From assembly GCA_009602735.1 (NCBI GenBank), contig WELA01001462.1, positions 706,773 through 763,721 on the forward strand: 56,949 bases of DNA, read 5' to 3'. The stretch comes from Mesotaenium endlicherianum. Its lineage: Eukaryota. The notes below the pieces were generated by a model. That model did no database searches and was not told where the DNA came from. It worked only from the letters and a program-made list of their open reading frames with translations. This document shows positions 26,434-38,976 of the stretch, piece by piece (position 1 is the first letter of the stretch; every line of letters begins with the position of its first letter). The position numbers and the translations under genes were made by a program.

Positions 26434-26555
26434 GTTCTTGGAAATCGAGCTAGATAAGAAAATCTACACTTTTGCCTGTCTCCCATTCGGGCTTGCGATC
26501 GCACCGTACGTGTTCAGAAGGGTGGTGAAGGAGCTAGTGAGAAGGTGGAGGCAAA

Positions 26556-27809
26556 TGAAATGAATCTTGCTTATTCAAGATTAATATATTTCATTTAAAT
26601 ATAAAAGATCAGAGATAGGTGGATGCGTGTGAAATCAGGGAGCGATCTTCGCCCTTATAATGAATTCCGTTTACTCATTTATAACCCTTGACTCACTTAT
26701 CGTAGTGTGCCATAGTTGCACACGAATACAAGGCACAAGAAAGAGGCGAGCTTGAGGACTAGAGCTTCTCCTTTAGAAACTCCTGACCTCTTGCCTACCA
26801 AGCATACAAGCATGTGTAAGCACATACACAACATCAGGGGACTGAATAGCAAAGGCGCTCTCATTCAGATGACCATAAAGTAGCTCAAACACATCCCACT
26901 GACTTAGGTGCAAAAACCATGGAATCTGTCCGCTGTGTGACCCCGAAATGTCAGAGGGCATAACTCTGTCAATACTACTCCAAATTAAGCAAACTTAGCG
27001 GCAACGGATGCATCTTGACAAGACCTTTCCGAAAAGTCCTAGTTCGTTTCAAATGGAGCACAAACGAATCAGCCATGGCAATTTCCGTGAAGGCTGGTCA
27101 TTAGAACGAACCCAAAAAGTGCACACATCACTTGCAAGTAGAAATCCGACTGTAAACCTACTGTCCAGAATGAGGGACCACGGAATCCTAGCCTGCTATG
27201 TACCTAGTGACCACCTGGTTGACCACGGCGCAAGGTGCGCCGTTTCGTGGGAAACCCGTTAAGTTGGGACCCACGGATCTAGGTATAACGACCATATTAA
27301 TTGGTCGGTTGACTGAAGTCCAAACTGTTCAATTGACTGACGACGGCTCCGCCTACCCAGGAGTTAACCACACTGGTAGGACATCGGTTTACCGAATCTC
27401 AGTCGACCTCCCGACTTTCAGTATACTTCGGTCACATGTGCCAATCTACAAATAACAATCTAAATGAATATGTCTATCCTCTGCGTACTGAAGCTAAGTA
27501 TATTGACTAATATCAAGCGAGCTTACTATATGTCAACCTACTGGTGTTATATCCTATATATAACTGATATCAGCAAACTACATTATGATATAAAAGTCAT
27601 CCTGCTGACCTTTTCAACAAAGTCAGCAGACTACACTATGGTACAAAAGTCATCCTGCTGACCTTTTTGACAAAGTAAGTAAACTCGCATTACATTGACA
27701 TACATTCATTTAGATGAACTCGCACATGTGAGTATATAGACATAATACTTATTCAGTGTTATATTTATATATGCAATTAATTAAATAAATAATGAACTGA
27801 TTCATTACA
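26556..27809. mobile_element. Solo LTR (1254 bp)
   Basis: TGAAATGAATC...GATTCATTACA termini, perfect 5-bp TSD GCAAA, internal ~54-bp tandem repeat. Shares termini and an internal block with the LTRs at 35782-37227. Confidence 0.9.
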
Positions 27810-28141
27810 GCAAATAAGATGCCAATCTTATCTGGACAACTTTTTGGTGAGCTGTCCCAGTGAGGAAGCCCACTCGGGTCAGGGAACTAACAGAACTAAC
27901 CCCCCACCGCCTGCCTCTTACGTCAACACTGCTGCCTAGCTGTGGGGATCACTAGTGACAGGGAACTGTCACCTCCACCCTTAGTCCACTTCCGTTGTGG
28001 GGTGCAAACAGAGAGAGCTCCAGCAAGACTTGACTGGAGGATGGTTTTGATGTTTAAGGGGTTGTTCCTGGGCCTCCAGGATTAGGAGATTGCAATCTGG
28101 ACCTAGATCTGGACAGCCCTCTAGGTCTGTCTGTTGGCCTT

Positions 28142-29642
28142 CTATAGAACCCTGTTTGTTCTAAAGTTGGACCTCGAGGAGAACAAAGGATGGTAGCCAT
28201 TGGCTACTCCGCGTGTGGTTTTTCTGGTACCTCTGTCCTCTGGGGAGTTCTGCCTTTCTCTGCTGCCAAGAACAGTCAGATCAGCTTCTTCTCCTGCTTG
28301 GGCTGGTGGGCTAGGAGAACGAGTGCGGGGCCCTGTTGCCTCCATGATAGGGATCACATTCCATACACCTGATCTTGGCGCCCTAGAAGTCCCTGCTTCT
28401 GCCTGCACCTGGATCTTCTGAGTACCAGCTCCGGATGTTTCTCCTCTGCCCTGTTCCTCTTCCTCATCCTCTTTATCTTCCTCCTCTAAAAGGATAGGGG
28501 TCTCGTCCACTAAGTCATCTTGCTCCCTGTTAGACATGGAAATATCTACTGACTGCCCTTTCTTGGGACGAGCTGGGGGTTGCTTGGCCTTCAGCCTGCT
28601 GATATCTATCGTGCCTGCAATCTTTGCCCATTTGACAAAGGCATGCTTCCCCTTAGAGAAATAGTATCGTCCCCTCCTCCTGTGCTCTTTGGTCTCAGCA
28701 TTCATATTACTCAAGCATCCATTAAGCCTGGGGTCCCAAGGGGCAATGTGAGGTGGTAGGATGAGGTAGCCGTCCAGCCCATTGTGGAAGTCATCTGGGT
28801 GGGCCTGGTCACACTCCTGCTTTCTGTTAGTGACGGTCATCCACCTCCAGTTTGTGGGTTGCTGGTAGTACTGTGGCCCGTGCTCAGGCTTTTTCAGCTT
28901 ACAAGAAAACCTGTGGGGGGAGAACATTTGCTGCCCTATTTCCCTGGCCAAGTACTCCCAGCTCCTCCTCTCAACTTCATTGTAGGCTGGCAATAGTGTC
29001 AGGTTAAATACTGCATCCTTTAAAGCTATCAAGATGCATGCTGACCATCCTGATGAGTCTCTGATTCCCCACTATGCCAGGTACTGGTACCGGCTTATCT
29101 TCCGAGTCATCTGCAAGAAACCGTGCCTGCTCTGCTCTATACCCTACCATTTGGGCATAATCTTTGTAGAGGACCACACCAGTGTGTGCCTCAATGTACC
29201 TGTCCAGGTCTTCAGCTCCTTGTCTCTGTAACATTGTTTTCTGTTCCACCTTGTTGATCTCCTGGGCTGCCAGCAATGCTTCCTTCAGGTTATCAAAGGT
29301 TTGGCCACCCACCACAGTACATCTGTAAGTGGCCAGGCTCTTCTTCTTCTCAGCTTCAGCCTTCTTCCTTCTCTTCTCCTCTACTGCCGCCGCTTCTTCT
29401 TGTTGTTTCCTCTGTCTCTCCTCCTCAACTTTTCTGAGATTTTTCGCCTCCTGCTCCTTCTTCCTGTGTGCTTCTTTTGCCGCCTCTTGTTGTCTGCGGA
29501 CCCTTTCTTCTCTCCTGGTGAGGGACGTCGCCGCCAGCTCTTTCTGGTATTGCTCCATTGTCCTCCTGGCTTCTTTTGCCTTGCGCTTTTTGTCTTCCTT
29601 TTGTGTGGTGGGAGCCATCCTGCACATATAACCAAGGCACAA
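28142..29642 (-). CDS. Extra ORF downstream of gypsy pol (two overlapping frames, 29642-29004 and 29032-28142); unknown function
   Basis: About 1.5 kb open apart from one frameshift. Charged coiled-coil N-terminus, aromatic-rich middle, acidic low-complexity tail. No family recognised. Confidence 0.6.
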
Positions 29643-32600
29643 GTTAGTAGGATCTCAATTTTTGTCACAGGAGTTGCAGGACGAGAAGTAAGTTTGTATT
29701 TGTATCAATATGGTAGGTTTGTTCCCTTTTACCTTACCGGTTGATTACTAGGAGTTAGCGGAGCTGCAATGCAATGAGAATAAACAAATGAATGTGTGTG
29801 CAGGGTGAGTTAAGTGATTTGTTGATGTGCTAGACCCTTTCTTCTTCCGAGTGGTGGGCACCCGCCAACTTAGCTTAATGTGGGCCTGGCTGTCACATCT
29901 GTCACTATGCTGACACTTTACTGTTGACACTGTGCTGTGAATAACTCTCCCTTTCTCGCGCACTAACTGTCATTTACTGGCACATTTCTCCTCCAACTCA
30001 AATGGAGACGAAACCGCCTGTCACCTTCCCATGTCAAGTGAAATGACAATTAGGGAGGGGTCCCAGCCGCCCGAAGGTGGAACCGTTTCAACGCCCCTTT
30101 GGCATTGGTCAAATGGTCCTTAAATTCCCAAGTATCCCCCGAGGCATGGTAACCCTTCCATCTGACCAGGTATTTCATGACATATTTAGATAATCGACGG
30201 ACAGAGCAAGCGTCTAAAATCTCCTCGACCTCATATTCCTTAGGGTCACCATCCCTGACAGCTGGGACCGGTCCCGGTTGGACAGGTAACCGACCTGTGA
30301 ACAGTGTGTCACCTTTGATGTACGATTCCAGGAAGGAGACACTAAAAACTAGGTGGCCCTTCTTTTCCCCTGACATGTTCAGTCTGTAAGCATTCTGAAC
30401 GACACGGCGCACCACCGAATATGGACCGACCCAGACCGAGCCAAGCTTTTTCTTGACCACACCAGGTAGGTACAGGTGTTGAGAATGCAATTTGACCAAA
30501 TCCCCCTTTGAGAATGTCAGCTCCCGACGGTGTTGATCAGCGTATTTTTGTCGATTATCCTGGGCTTTGTGCAGATTATGTTGGACTTATGACAGGGTGT
30601 CAACAAATTCCTAAGTTAACTGGAGAGAGACCGGATTGTCAATCCCCTCAGGGTGAGTTGAAGACTCCCCTAGCACATCTAAAGGAGATTTAGGGACTCT
30701 ACCCTGAGTGAGTTCAAAGGGAGTCTTTCCCGTTGACGCGTGCACCGCACTATTGACCGCAAATTGAATTTGAGACAACAGGTCATCCCGATTATCTTGT
30801 TTTTGGTTAGTATATGCTCTCAGCACCTCTTGCAGAACTTGGTTAGTTCTTTCAATCTGCCCATCAGTCTGAGGGTGGTTTGCTGTACTGAGCAGCTGTT
30901 TGACTCCCATTAAAGCTCTCCAGAACTTAGAGGTGAATTTTGAGTCTCTGTCTGAGATGATATTGGAGGGTAGCCCATATTGGCATACTACATGGTTGTA
31001 GAACTGTCTTGCAGTTTCAAGTGCAGTTACTTTGACAGTGGTGGGGATGAGAATGACCATTTTTGTTAGTTTATCCACTGCTACCAGTATAGAATCATGC
31101 CCATTGGCAGTTCTTGGTAGTGTTACCACCCAGTCCATGGATGTTGTTACCTAGCGTCCAGCTGGGATGGGCAGTGGTTGTAATAGTCCCCCGGGTTGTG
31201 TGTGTCTAGACTTGTTTTTCAGACACTGATCACAAGACTTAACATATTTCAAGACCTCCCGAGGCAACCCATCCTAATGATAATGTTTTGCCAATTTACC
31301 AACCGTTTTGGCCTGCCCCAAATGTCCACCCAGTAAACTGTCATGTGCTTGACTCAGTAAGAGGCACCTTATTTCCAAGTTATTAGAAATGACCAGCTTC
31401 AATCTACCTGAAGTGGTTTCAGTCACCCAGACCCCTCACTTTAGCTTATACCTGAGAACAGTAGCAGGACGCACACCATCAGTGGGGCTGGACTTAAATG
31501 TTGGGTCAGAAAGGTAGGCTTTCCTAAGTTGTTCCAGGAAGGACTTTTTCACCTTCAGTGAAGTGAGTGCACCAAGGACTTTATTTACAGCGTGCTGACT
31601 AAGGTTCCTTTCTTGCAAGTCAAGTCTTCTAGAGAGTGCATCAGCAGGATTCAACTTCCCTGGCTTGTAGCCGATCTGGACTTGGAACTGCTCCAGCATC
31701 TGACTCCAGCGATTCTCCCTCCTCGACAGCTTGGACTTCTTCTAAATGTGAGTCAGAGCTGGATGATCTGTAATCACCATAAAAGCTTTACCATGTAAGT
31801 ATGCTCTCCACTGTTTGAGCACATGGATGATTGCAAGCAGCTCTTTATTATGCACAGAATAGTTAATTTCAGCTGGGTTGAAATTCATTGACTCATACAG
31901 CATCGGGTGCCACTCCTGCTTTACTTTACCATCCTTTGTGGTTTTGTCAGCAGGCTGCAACAGAATAGCACCCATGGCAAAGGCAAAAGCATCAGTAACC
32001 ACTTGCACAGGTTTGCTGGGGTCATACACAGCTAAGACTGGGGCAGAATAGAGAGCATCTTTAAGGGTCTGGAAGGCAGCCTGCTGCTCTTCCCCCCACA
32101 CATACCCTATGTCCTTCTTAGTAAGGTCAATCAGTTTACTCGCTTTTGTAGAATAATTTTCAGCGAATCTCCCGTAATAGTTAGTCAACCTAAGGAAGAA
32201 TCTATCTTCCGTGACAGCTGTGGTACTGGCCAGTCCCTTATGGTCTGGACTTTCTTGGCATCCACACTGATGCCTTTCTCACTGACAACGTGGCCCAAGA
32301 ATTCAATACTTTCCTTAAAGAAATTACACTTGCCCATTTTAGCATATAACTGATTCCTTCTTAAAGTGTCCACGACTGTTTGTAAGTGCTCAGCATGCTC
32401 AGCTTCATTTTTAGAGAAAATTAAAATATCATTCAAGAAGACTTGCACAAACATATCCAAATAAGGCCTGAAAACGTCATTCAAATCTCCCATGAAGGTT
32501 GCAAGAGCATTAGTTAGTCCAATGGCATCACATTAAATTCATAGTGTCCATAACGTGTGCGGAAGGCAGTCTTGTGTTGATCTCCCTCAGCACTTCTGAT

Positions 32601-33481
32601 TTGATGATAACCACTCTTGAGATCTATCTTAGTGAACACTTTAGCACCAGACATGGTATCAAGCAAGTCCTTGATGCTGGGTAAAGTATACTTGTTCGTA
32701 ATCGTAATTCTGTTAAGAGCTATGTTATCCACACACATTCGCATGCTACCATCCTTCTTCTTAATAATTAGGATGGGTGCACCATAAGGTGATTTACTGG
32801 GGGAAGTATAACCATTTTCCTCCAACTCTGCAATTTGTGTTTTCAACACTTCGCTCTCCATATACGACAAGCCATAGGTGCGTTGCCAAGGTGGCTGACT
32901 CCCAGGTAGTACATCAATCTGATGATTTACTTCTCTCTTAGGGAGCAATCCTAGAGGCATATCAAAGACATCAGTATGCTGAGCAACAATTTTTGCAGCG
33001 GTAGGGTGCTCCGGAGGACTAATCTTTTTCTCAACCACTTCTTCAGGTTGAGAAGATACCTCTTTCAGCAGCAGACAGAACATTCTATCTTCCTTTTGGT
33101 TCCAGCTTTCGATGAACTCCATTGCATTCAGCAATTTGCATCCTCCTGGAAGCATCTTTGTTTCCTTCATTTGCCATCCATACGGGATAAGAGGAAGAGC
33201 ACTGGTGGGTGCCAAGTTAGTCTGCCCATCACTGGCTCCTCTCATTTTAACTGTACCTTTGCTCCAACACACTTCAGCTTGATGTCTATTAAGCCAGGAT
33301 CTTCCTAGCACAAGATCATAGAATCCAGTGTTGAGTACCTCAAATGTAAGCGTTTCAGTGAGAATTGCAATGCCAGAATCTAACTGAATCTCAATAGGCT
33401 TGGTGATAACTCCTCCCGAGATACTTGAGGGATAGTTTTTCTATTCCCTTGGGTGACAGTAGGCAGCATTAGCCGCTTAAC

Positions 33482-33976
33482 ACTAGCTTTACTGCCACTG
33501 GGACCAAAACCAACCTCATAACAACCCTTCTTTGGATGCTAATGATAAATAGAGTACTTATGTGGTATGTGAAAGTGATATATATTTGAAATGTCGTTTG
33601 AATAAGAATTCTGGCAATGTACTTTTTTCGATTTTTGCGGCATTTTTCATTGTACTTTTTTGTACTTGAAAGGTAACACACGTGTGACCCGCAAAAGGTA
33701 CATTTCTTGTGGGCGCAATATGCGAAGAAGTACAACAGATTTCAAGGTCCTGATTTTTTATAGCATACATCCTGATGTAGTGATCACACTGCACTTGTCA
33801 GATTTTCATTTCATTCAATACTTCATATACGCTAACATGCTAAAGTTTAGGCCCAAAACTGACACCAGCTTTTTGGACTTGGTCCCATAATTTCACTAAG
33901 AGATGCACCATGCAGCTTCACTAAATGGGTCATATAATTTTCAAAACTTGATGGAATGCATTCAAATAAGTTTCGG
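33482..33976. mobile_element. AT-rich ~495-bp insertion in the gypsy protease region with a 17-bp flanking duplication
   Basis: AGCATTAGCCGCTTAAC at 33465-33481 and 33977-33993. Confidence 0.75.
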
Positions 33977-35245
33977 AGCATTAGCCGCTTAACTAAGTCC
34001 TAGTGGATAAAAGTATGTGACGTCCCTCCGTCAACAAATGCCCTCACCTTCCTACCTGCAATCATACAATGCAGTGGGATAGGGGGGACTGACTTTTCCT
34101 GACTTTCGTATTCTTCTCCTGACTTAGCAAAGAAATGTTAAACTTTAGGTGGATCAAGATCATCCAGAGTGTGCACTCTCTGGAGGTCTATATTGCTGAT
34201 AGTCTCCTTTATCTGTTTGTCAGGCAAGCAAAGTGAATCCAGTTAAGCAGGACCCATAATACCTGCTACGAGGGCAGCTAGTGACGACTCACTATCTCTA
34301 GCATCCTCACAGTCAATAGACTGGATTACTGACTGTTGCTTTCTTTTAAAGGCTGGTCCTTTTTCTTGACCTTTGGAAGGTGCTTGCTAGGACACTGCTC
34401 TCTGTTGTGGCCCAATTGCTGGCAATGATAGCGAACAGATTTTGCTGAGACTGGTCTCGGCTTAGTCCTACCACCGCCTTTCCCATAGCCACCTCCAGAG
34501 TAACCACCTCTCCCTCTACACTTCATAGCATCATACTCATATTCATACTCATCACCCTGATTGTCCTCAGCCTGCTCTCCTTCAATTGCATTGCAGGAAC
34601 CGTGGGGCTTTTTGACAATCTTAGACACCAAAGCATTACTCTGGCGCTTGTGATTGAACTGCTGCTGATCCCAGGCATCAGCGTCTTGGATCAAGTCAGC
34701 CAGTTTCTCATACTTATTTTTAGCAAAATGACCTGAGACTTTGGATTTCAAGCCACACCTTGAAGTATTCTATCCTTTACAGCTCTGGCAAATCCGGCTC
34801 TCCCCAAGTAGGGTCACCGAGTTGCTGAGCCTTACGCTCTCCTTTCCAATACAGCCACCAGTCTGCTGCACTACCTTTCAGTAGAGCACCAGTGCACCTG
34901 ACCTTCTCGTAATCTTGCAGTTCTTGATAGTTCTCCAGCCACTGCTCAACATCAGCGAAAAGCTTGATTAGGAAATACTTTTTGTTTCCCTCAGGATCAT
35001 AGTCCTAGGGAGGTTTCACTTAGGCTTACTAGGCCCTCTGCCACCACCTCCAATGGTATGAGAACCCAGTTGGTCTCTGTCACGCAGCAGAGACATTATG
35101 ATCCTTATGTCCTCCTGTTGGGATTGATACATGCTCGCCATTTCTGATTGCAATTGCACAAATAATGCTCCCAGATCTACATTCTGAGGTGGGAGCCCAG
35201 CAATTGCAGCAACAGCAGTGGCATCACTCACTAAGTAGTGTCCTC

Positions 35246-35411
35246 AACATTCCCTTTCGCTCCTGCAACATAAATTCCTGCCGCATTGAGCCGGACACAA
35301 ATTTTACCTAGAGGCACATTGAGTTGCTGTAACATTCCCTCTCGCTCCTGCAACAACAGTTCCTGCCGCATTCAGTTGGTCACGAATTTGACCTAGAGGC
35401 ACATTAAGTTG
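35246..35411. repeat. Two-unit ~85-bp tandem repeat in the gypsy gag 5' region
   Basis: AACATTCCCT..CGCTCCTGCAACA..TTCCTGCCGCATT..ACCTAGAGGCACATT.AGTTG at 35246 and 35331. Confidence 0.8.
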
Positions 35412-36393
35412 TACAGCAGGAGGTGGGTTCAAAACATTGGCCCTTTCCGCCATAAGTTCTTCGACAGTGCGCTCGACCGCTGGCTGTCCTTCCCTCCAAT
35501 GTGCATCTTCAGCAGCTTTTGCTAATCGTACGGCTTCTAATCCGACTCTCTCCTCCTCAGTATGCTATGTTGCAACTGCGGCAATAGCAGCTGTCTCATC
35601 CGCAGCCTCTCTAGCTCCAGTATCTGCCACTGCTTCAGAATAGGTACGGGTTCCCGCTACGTGGCTTTTCGCTTGGTTTTCGTCATTCTCGTTATTCTGA
35701 TTCTCCATGTCTCGAGAGTTATTAGTTTAAGATCTTGTCCTTACCACACTAAGAAGACTGTGATGACTGCTTCTTTACCACTGAAATGAATCAACTTACC
35801 AATAGGCGATTTACAATTACAATTAATAAAGATCTTATATCAGCGAGTAATCTTTATGGTATTTTCTGTTAACTAATTAAACAGCAAAAGACAACACACT
35901 AGCAGTGAACAATACTCGCAAGTCAAATGCAAGTAAACTAGCATCAATAATGCAATAAGTAACCTCATACATAAGGAAGGCTAGAAGACAGTGCATATCA
36001 ATGGCTTCTCACCTTGGAGTCCGATATCTCTCAATAAGTAGTACAAGAGAGTTGGCCTCGTTTTCGAATACCAAACTCGATAGCAATGTCTAGCATATGT
36101 ACATGGAATGAGTTTACTGTTCAACGACAAGTGCGATGGCACCACCTATCCGGGAGTTAACCATATTGGTAGGACCTCGATTAACCAAATCCACCTCCAT
36201 CTCCCATCATCCCGAATTGCCATCCATCCCAAGGATGTCATCTGGCCATTCATCTAGCATATCACACGTAGATGCATATCTAGGCAGTTCGCTGCTACCG
36301 AGTACGGAGATCAGCTGGCTTTCAAAGAATGTGTCAGCAAGCTGACTTCAAGTTGACTTCAGCCTGCTGCTCTCGGCTGAGTCATTAAGTTGA

Positions 36394-37112
36394 TGAAATG
36401 AATCGACTTACCAAATAGGCGATTAACTATTAATAAAGATCTTCATATCAGCAAGTAATTTTTATGGTATTTTTCGTTAATTGTTTTAATAGCAAGGGAC
36501 AACACACTAGCAGTGAATAATACTCGTAAGTCAAATGCGAGTAAACTAGCATCAATAATGCAATTAGTAAACTCATACATAAGCAAGGTTGGAAGACAGT
36601 GCGTATCAAGGGCTTCTGGCCTTGGATTCAGATCTCTCTCAGTCAGCTGTACCAGAGAGTTGGCCTCGTTTCCAAATGCCGAATTCGAGAGCAATGCCTA
36701 GCATATGTACATGGAATGAGTTTACTGTTCAACGGCCAGTGCAATGGCACCGCCTACCCGGGAGTTAACCACGTTGGTAGGACCTCGGTTAACCAAATCC
36801 ACCGCCATCTCCCATCATCCCAAATCGCTATCCATCATAGGGATGTCATCTGGCCATTCATCTAGCATACCACACTTAGATGCATATCGAGGCAGTTCGC
36901 TGCTACCGAGTACGGAAGTCAGCTGGCTGTCAAAGAATGTGTCAGCAAGCTGACTTAAGTTGGCTTCAGCCTGGTGCTTCCAACTGAGCCCTTAAACTGA
37001 TAATTATGTAAAGACCAGCAGACTCAATACTACATGAAGTTCAGTAGGCTGAAGTTAATTAACTATTATATTTATATGAATATTATATCTACTAAAATAC
37101 TGATTCATTACA
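36394..37112. mobile_element. Solo LTR nested inside a same-family LTR (35782-36393 plus 37113-37227)
   Basis: Complete TGAAATGAATC...GATTCATTACA unit. The flanks continue the interrupted LTR; possible decayed TSD GTTGA/GCTTA. Confidence 0.7.
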
Positions 37113-37227
37113 GCTTAAATATATAAAGTCCAGTAGAATGAATATTGACTAAAGTTCAGCAGGCCGAACTTAATTAACTATTACATATAGATGAATATTA
37201 CATCTAGCAATATAGCGATTCATTACA

Positions 37228-37743
37228 CAGGGATTCAACATCACGGATTCTCCAAACATCACAGTAATTTACTTGCACCTCGCGTTCTCTAAGACGGATC
37301 AAATTGGTGAGGGCGCATGGGGTGCCGTGCACGCAAGCAACTCCAAGTGGTGCCCTGTGAAAATGTTGTGTAGGTTAGTGGCGGAAATACCAGAATATGC
37401 TCTAGATGGGCCAATAATTAGGCACATACAAGCATCTGGCCGACCTTTCCTTCCGCCAACCTCACACGCCACTGTGAATAAGTGGTGCATGGAACTATCC
37501 GCATTGATAGGCCTTACCCACTCATTGCCCAAGGGAGCCGCTACAGCAGCCGCTAACTTGGGCGTCTGAGATGCTATAGTCCAAAACATGGACAGATGGA
37601 AATTGGCTCGAGGGAAAGAGCCGTATTTGCTTCGTCTGCAGCAGACGTTGGCAGCCGGTGCTCGCGCCATAGCAATCGCTGACAATGCTAGCAAGGCCCC
37701 ATATAATCAAGAGAAAATCCAAGCAGCGTTCAGACGAAAGTAA
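37228..37743 (+). pseudogene. 3' half of the tyrosine recombinase of copy C
   Basis: FSKTDQIGEGAWGAVHASNSKWCPVKMLCRL...HSLPKGAATAAAN...AAFRRK*. Confidence 0.88.
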
Positions 37744-38030
37744 ATTTGAAGGTTTGCGACATGAAATGTCGCAAACCAAAGTTTGCCAAGTGTTCAAATT
37801 TAATCGATTTCACACGTGTTGTGTCTCATCGACAAACGAAACCCTCATAAGGCTTCTCGTTGCAAAGAAGCCTCATTGCAGCATGAAGGTAGTTGCTACA
37901 CATACCCGCGTAGACATTGCATGCCGAGACTTACTCAAACAATCTTGTGTCAGGCATACAAATTCGCTTAATAGAGTACCATAGATCCGCGAACACTCGA
38001 GACGCGGACGTGTTTGTTCACTTACGAGCG

Positions 38031-38976
38031 ATGACGGAGAGGGGTGACGGAAGCCAGGGAGGCCCGAGCGACTTACGCAATGATGGCGAGCAGGTCAATG
38101 GTGAGCAGATTAACGACATCGGTAGGGCGAGAGTAGCGAGCCAGCTTACTGCTGACGAAATCGCCAAATTACATGCAGAGTTCCTTAAAGAGTACGAAAG
38201 CGAGCAGGCCGAGCTCAGCAAGGCGGAAGCGGCTGAGCTCAAAGATGCGCAGCACGCTGCTCATCTCAAAATGGCCAAGTTACAGCAGGCAGTGAGCAAA
38301 CTAGCGCAAAGCAAGGTCTCGCGAGCTCATGATGGCGAGGGAGCAGGGGCGGACATCCTGCAGCAGCTCAAGCGGCTCAAGAGGAAAAGTGAGGTTGCAG
38401 GTGTGGGCAAGTAGTCTGAGGGCAACCGCGCCCAAATGAAGGTTATGAACGACCTCGCGGAGCTGTGCCACAATGCTCAAGATGCGTTGGACAAGGAAGA
38501 CATTGAAGCGGCCCAAAGCGCGCTCACTGAAGGTTTGTCTTTGATAACTTTTCGGCAAAAGCAAATCTTTTCCGCGNTTTTCCGCGGACTTGCGTAGCTG
38601 GCTTGTGATTAATGAGGTTGTCAAGTCCATGCAAACTAAGGATGAGAGCGAGGATTAGGAAAAACGGGTCCAAAAGCAAGTGGCGAAGAGTAAGAAGGAC
38701 AAAGAGGAGGAGAGAGAGTTTGATCTTAGTAGCCGCAAACCACGGGCCAGCCCGTATGCGTTTAAGGCTAACCCCTGCGCTCCTAGGATGTTTAGAAATG
38801 ACTTGAGTTGCTTCCATTGCCACATGGTAGGCCACACATCTCGTTTTTGTCCTTCGGGGCCACCTAATGGCCCAGGCCCCCAACCGAGGCAGCCTTTGCT
38901 AGCACCAGCTCAGGTAGCAAACTTCCAAGGGCCTTATGGGCCACCCCAGGGGCCTTATGGCCAGCCCCAGAGTTAA
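38031..38976 (+). pseudogene. gag of copy B (stops at 38412 and 38656)
   Basis: Aligns with the intact gag of copy A; knuckle CFHCHMVGHTSRFC. Confidence 0.88.

Larger units (their letters stand above)
25640..27877 (+). pseudogene. Decayed RT of copy C, interrupted by a MITE and a solo LTR
   Basis: DEKDFEHELQV, LPFGLAIAPYVF and YLDNFLVSCPSEE remnants. Confidence 0.85.
30050..35708 (-). pseudogene. Gypsy gag-pol pseudogene with C-terminal chromodomain
   Basis: Knuckle remnant HCQQLGHNREQC; protease [18 protein letters not shown] and FLNDILIFS; RH VVTDA and ELLAI; INT MDWV, SDRD, HPQTDGQIER, GPY; chromodomain EYEVEEILD...YLVRWKGY...DTWE. Many stops and frameshifts. Confidence 0.92.
27880..37227 (-). 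mobile_element. Decayed Ty3/gypsy chromovirus-type LTR retrotransposon, 3' end truncated
   Basis: 5' LTR 37227-35782, PBS-like TGGTAAAGAAGC (35780-35769), gag-PR-RT-RH-INT-chromodomain remnants, extra 3' ORF. Confidence 0.85.

Noticed and set aside
27880..27884. CAGGG matching 37228-37232 as the gypsy TSD
   Set aside because: Not followed by an LTR terminus, and the host element is deleted here; likely chance.
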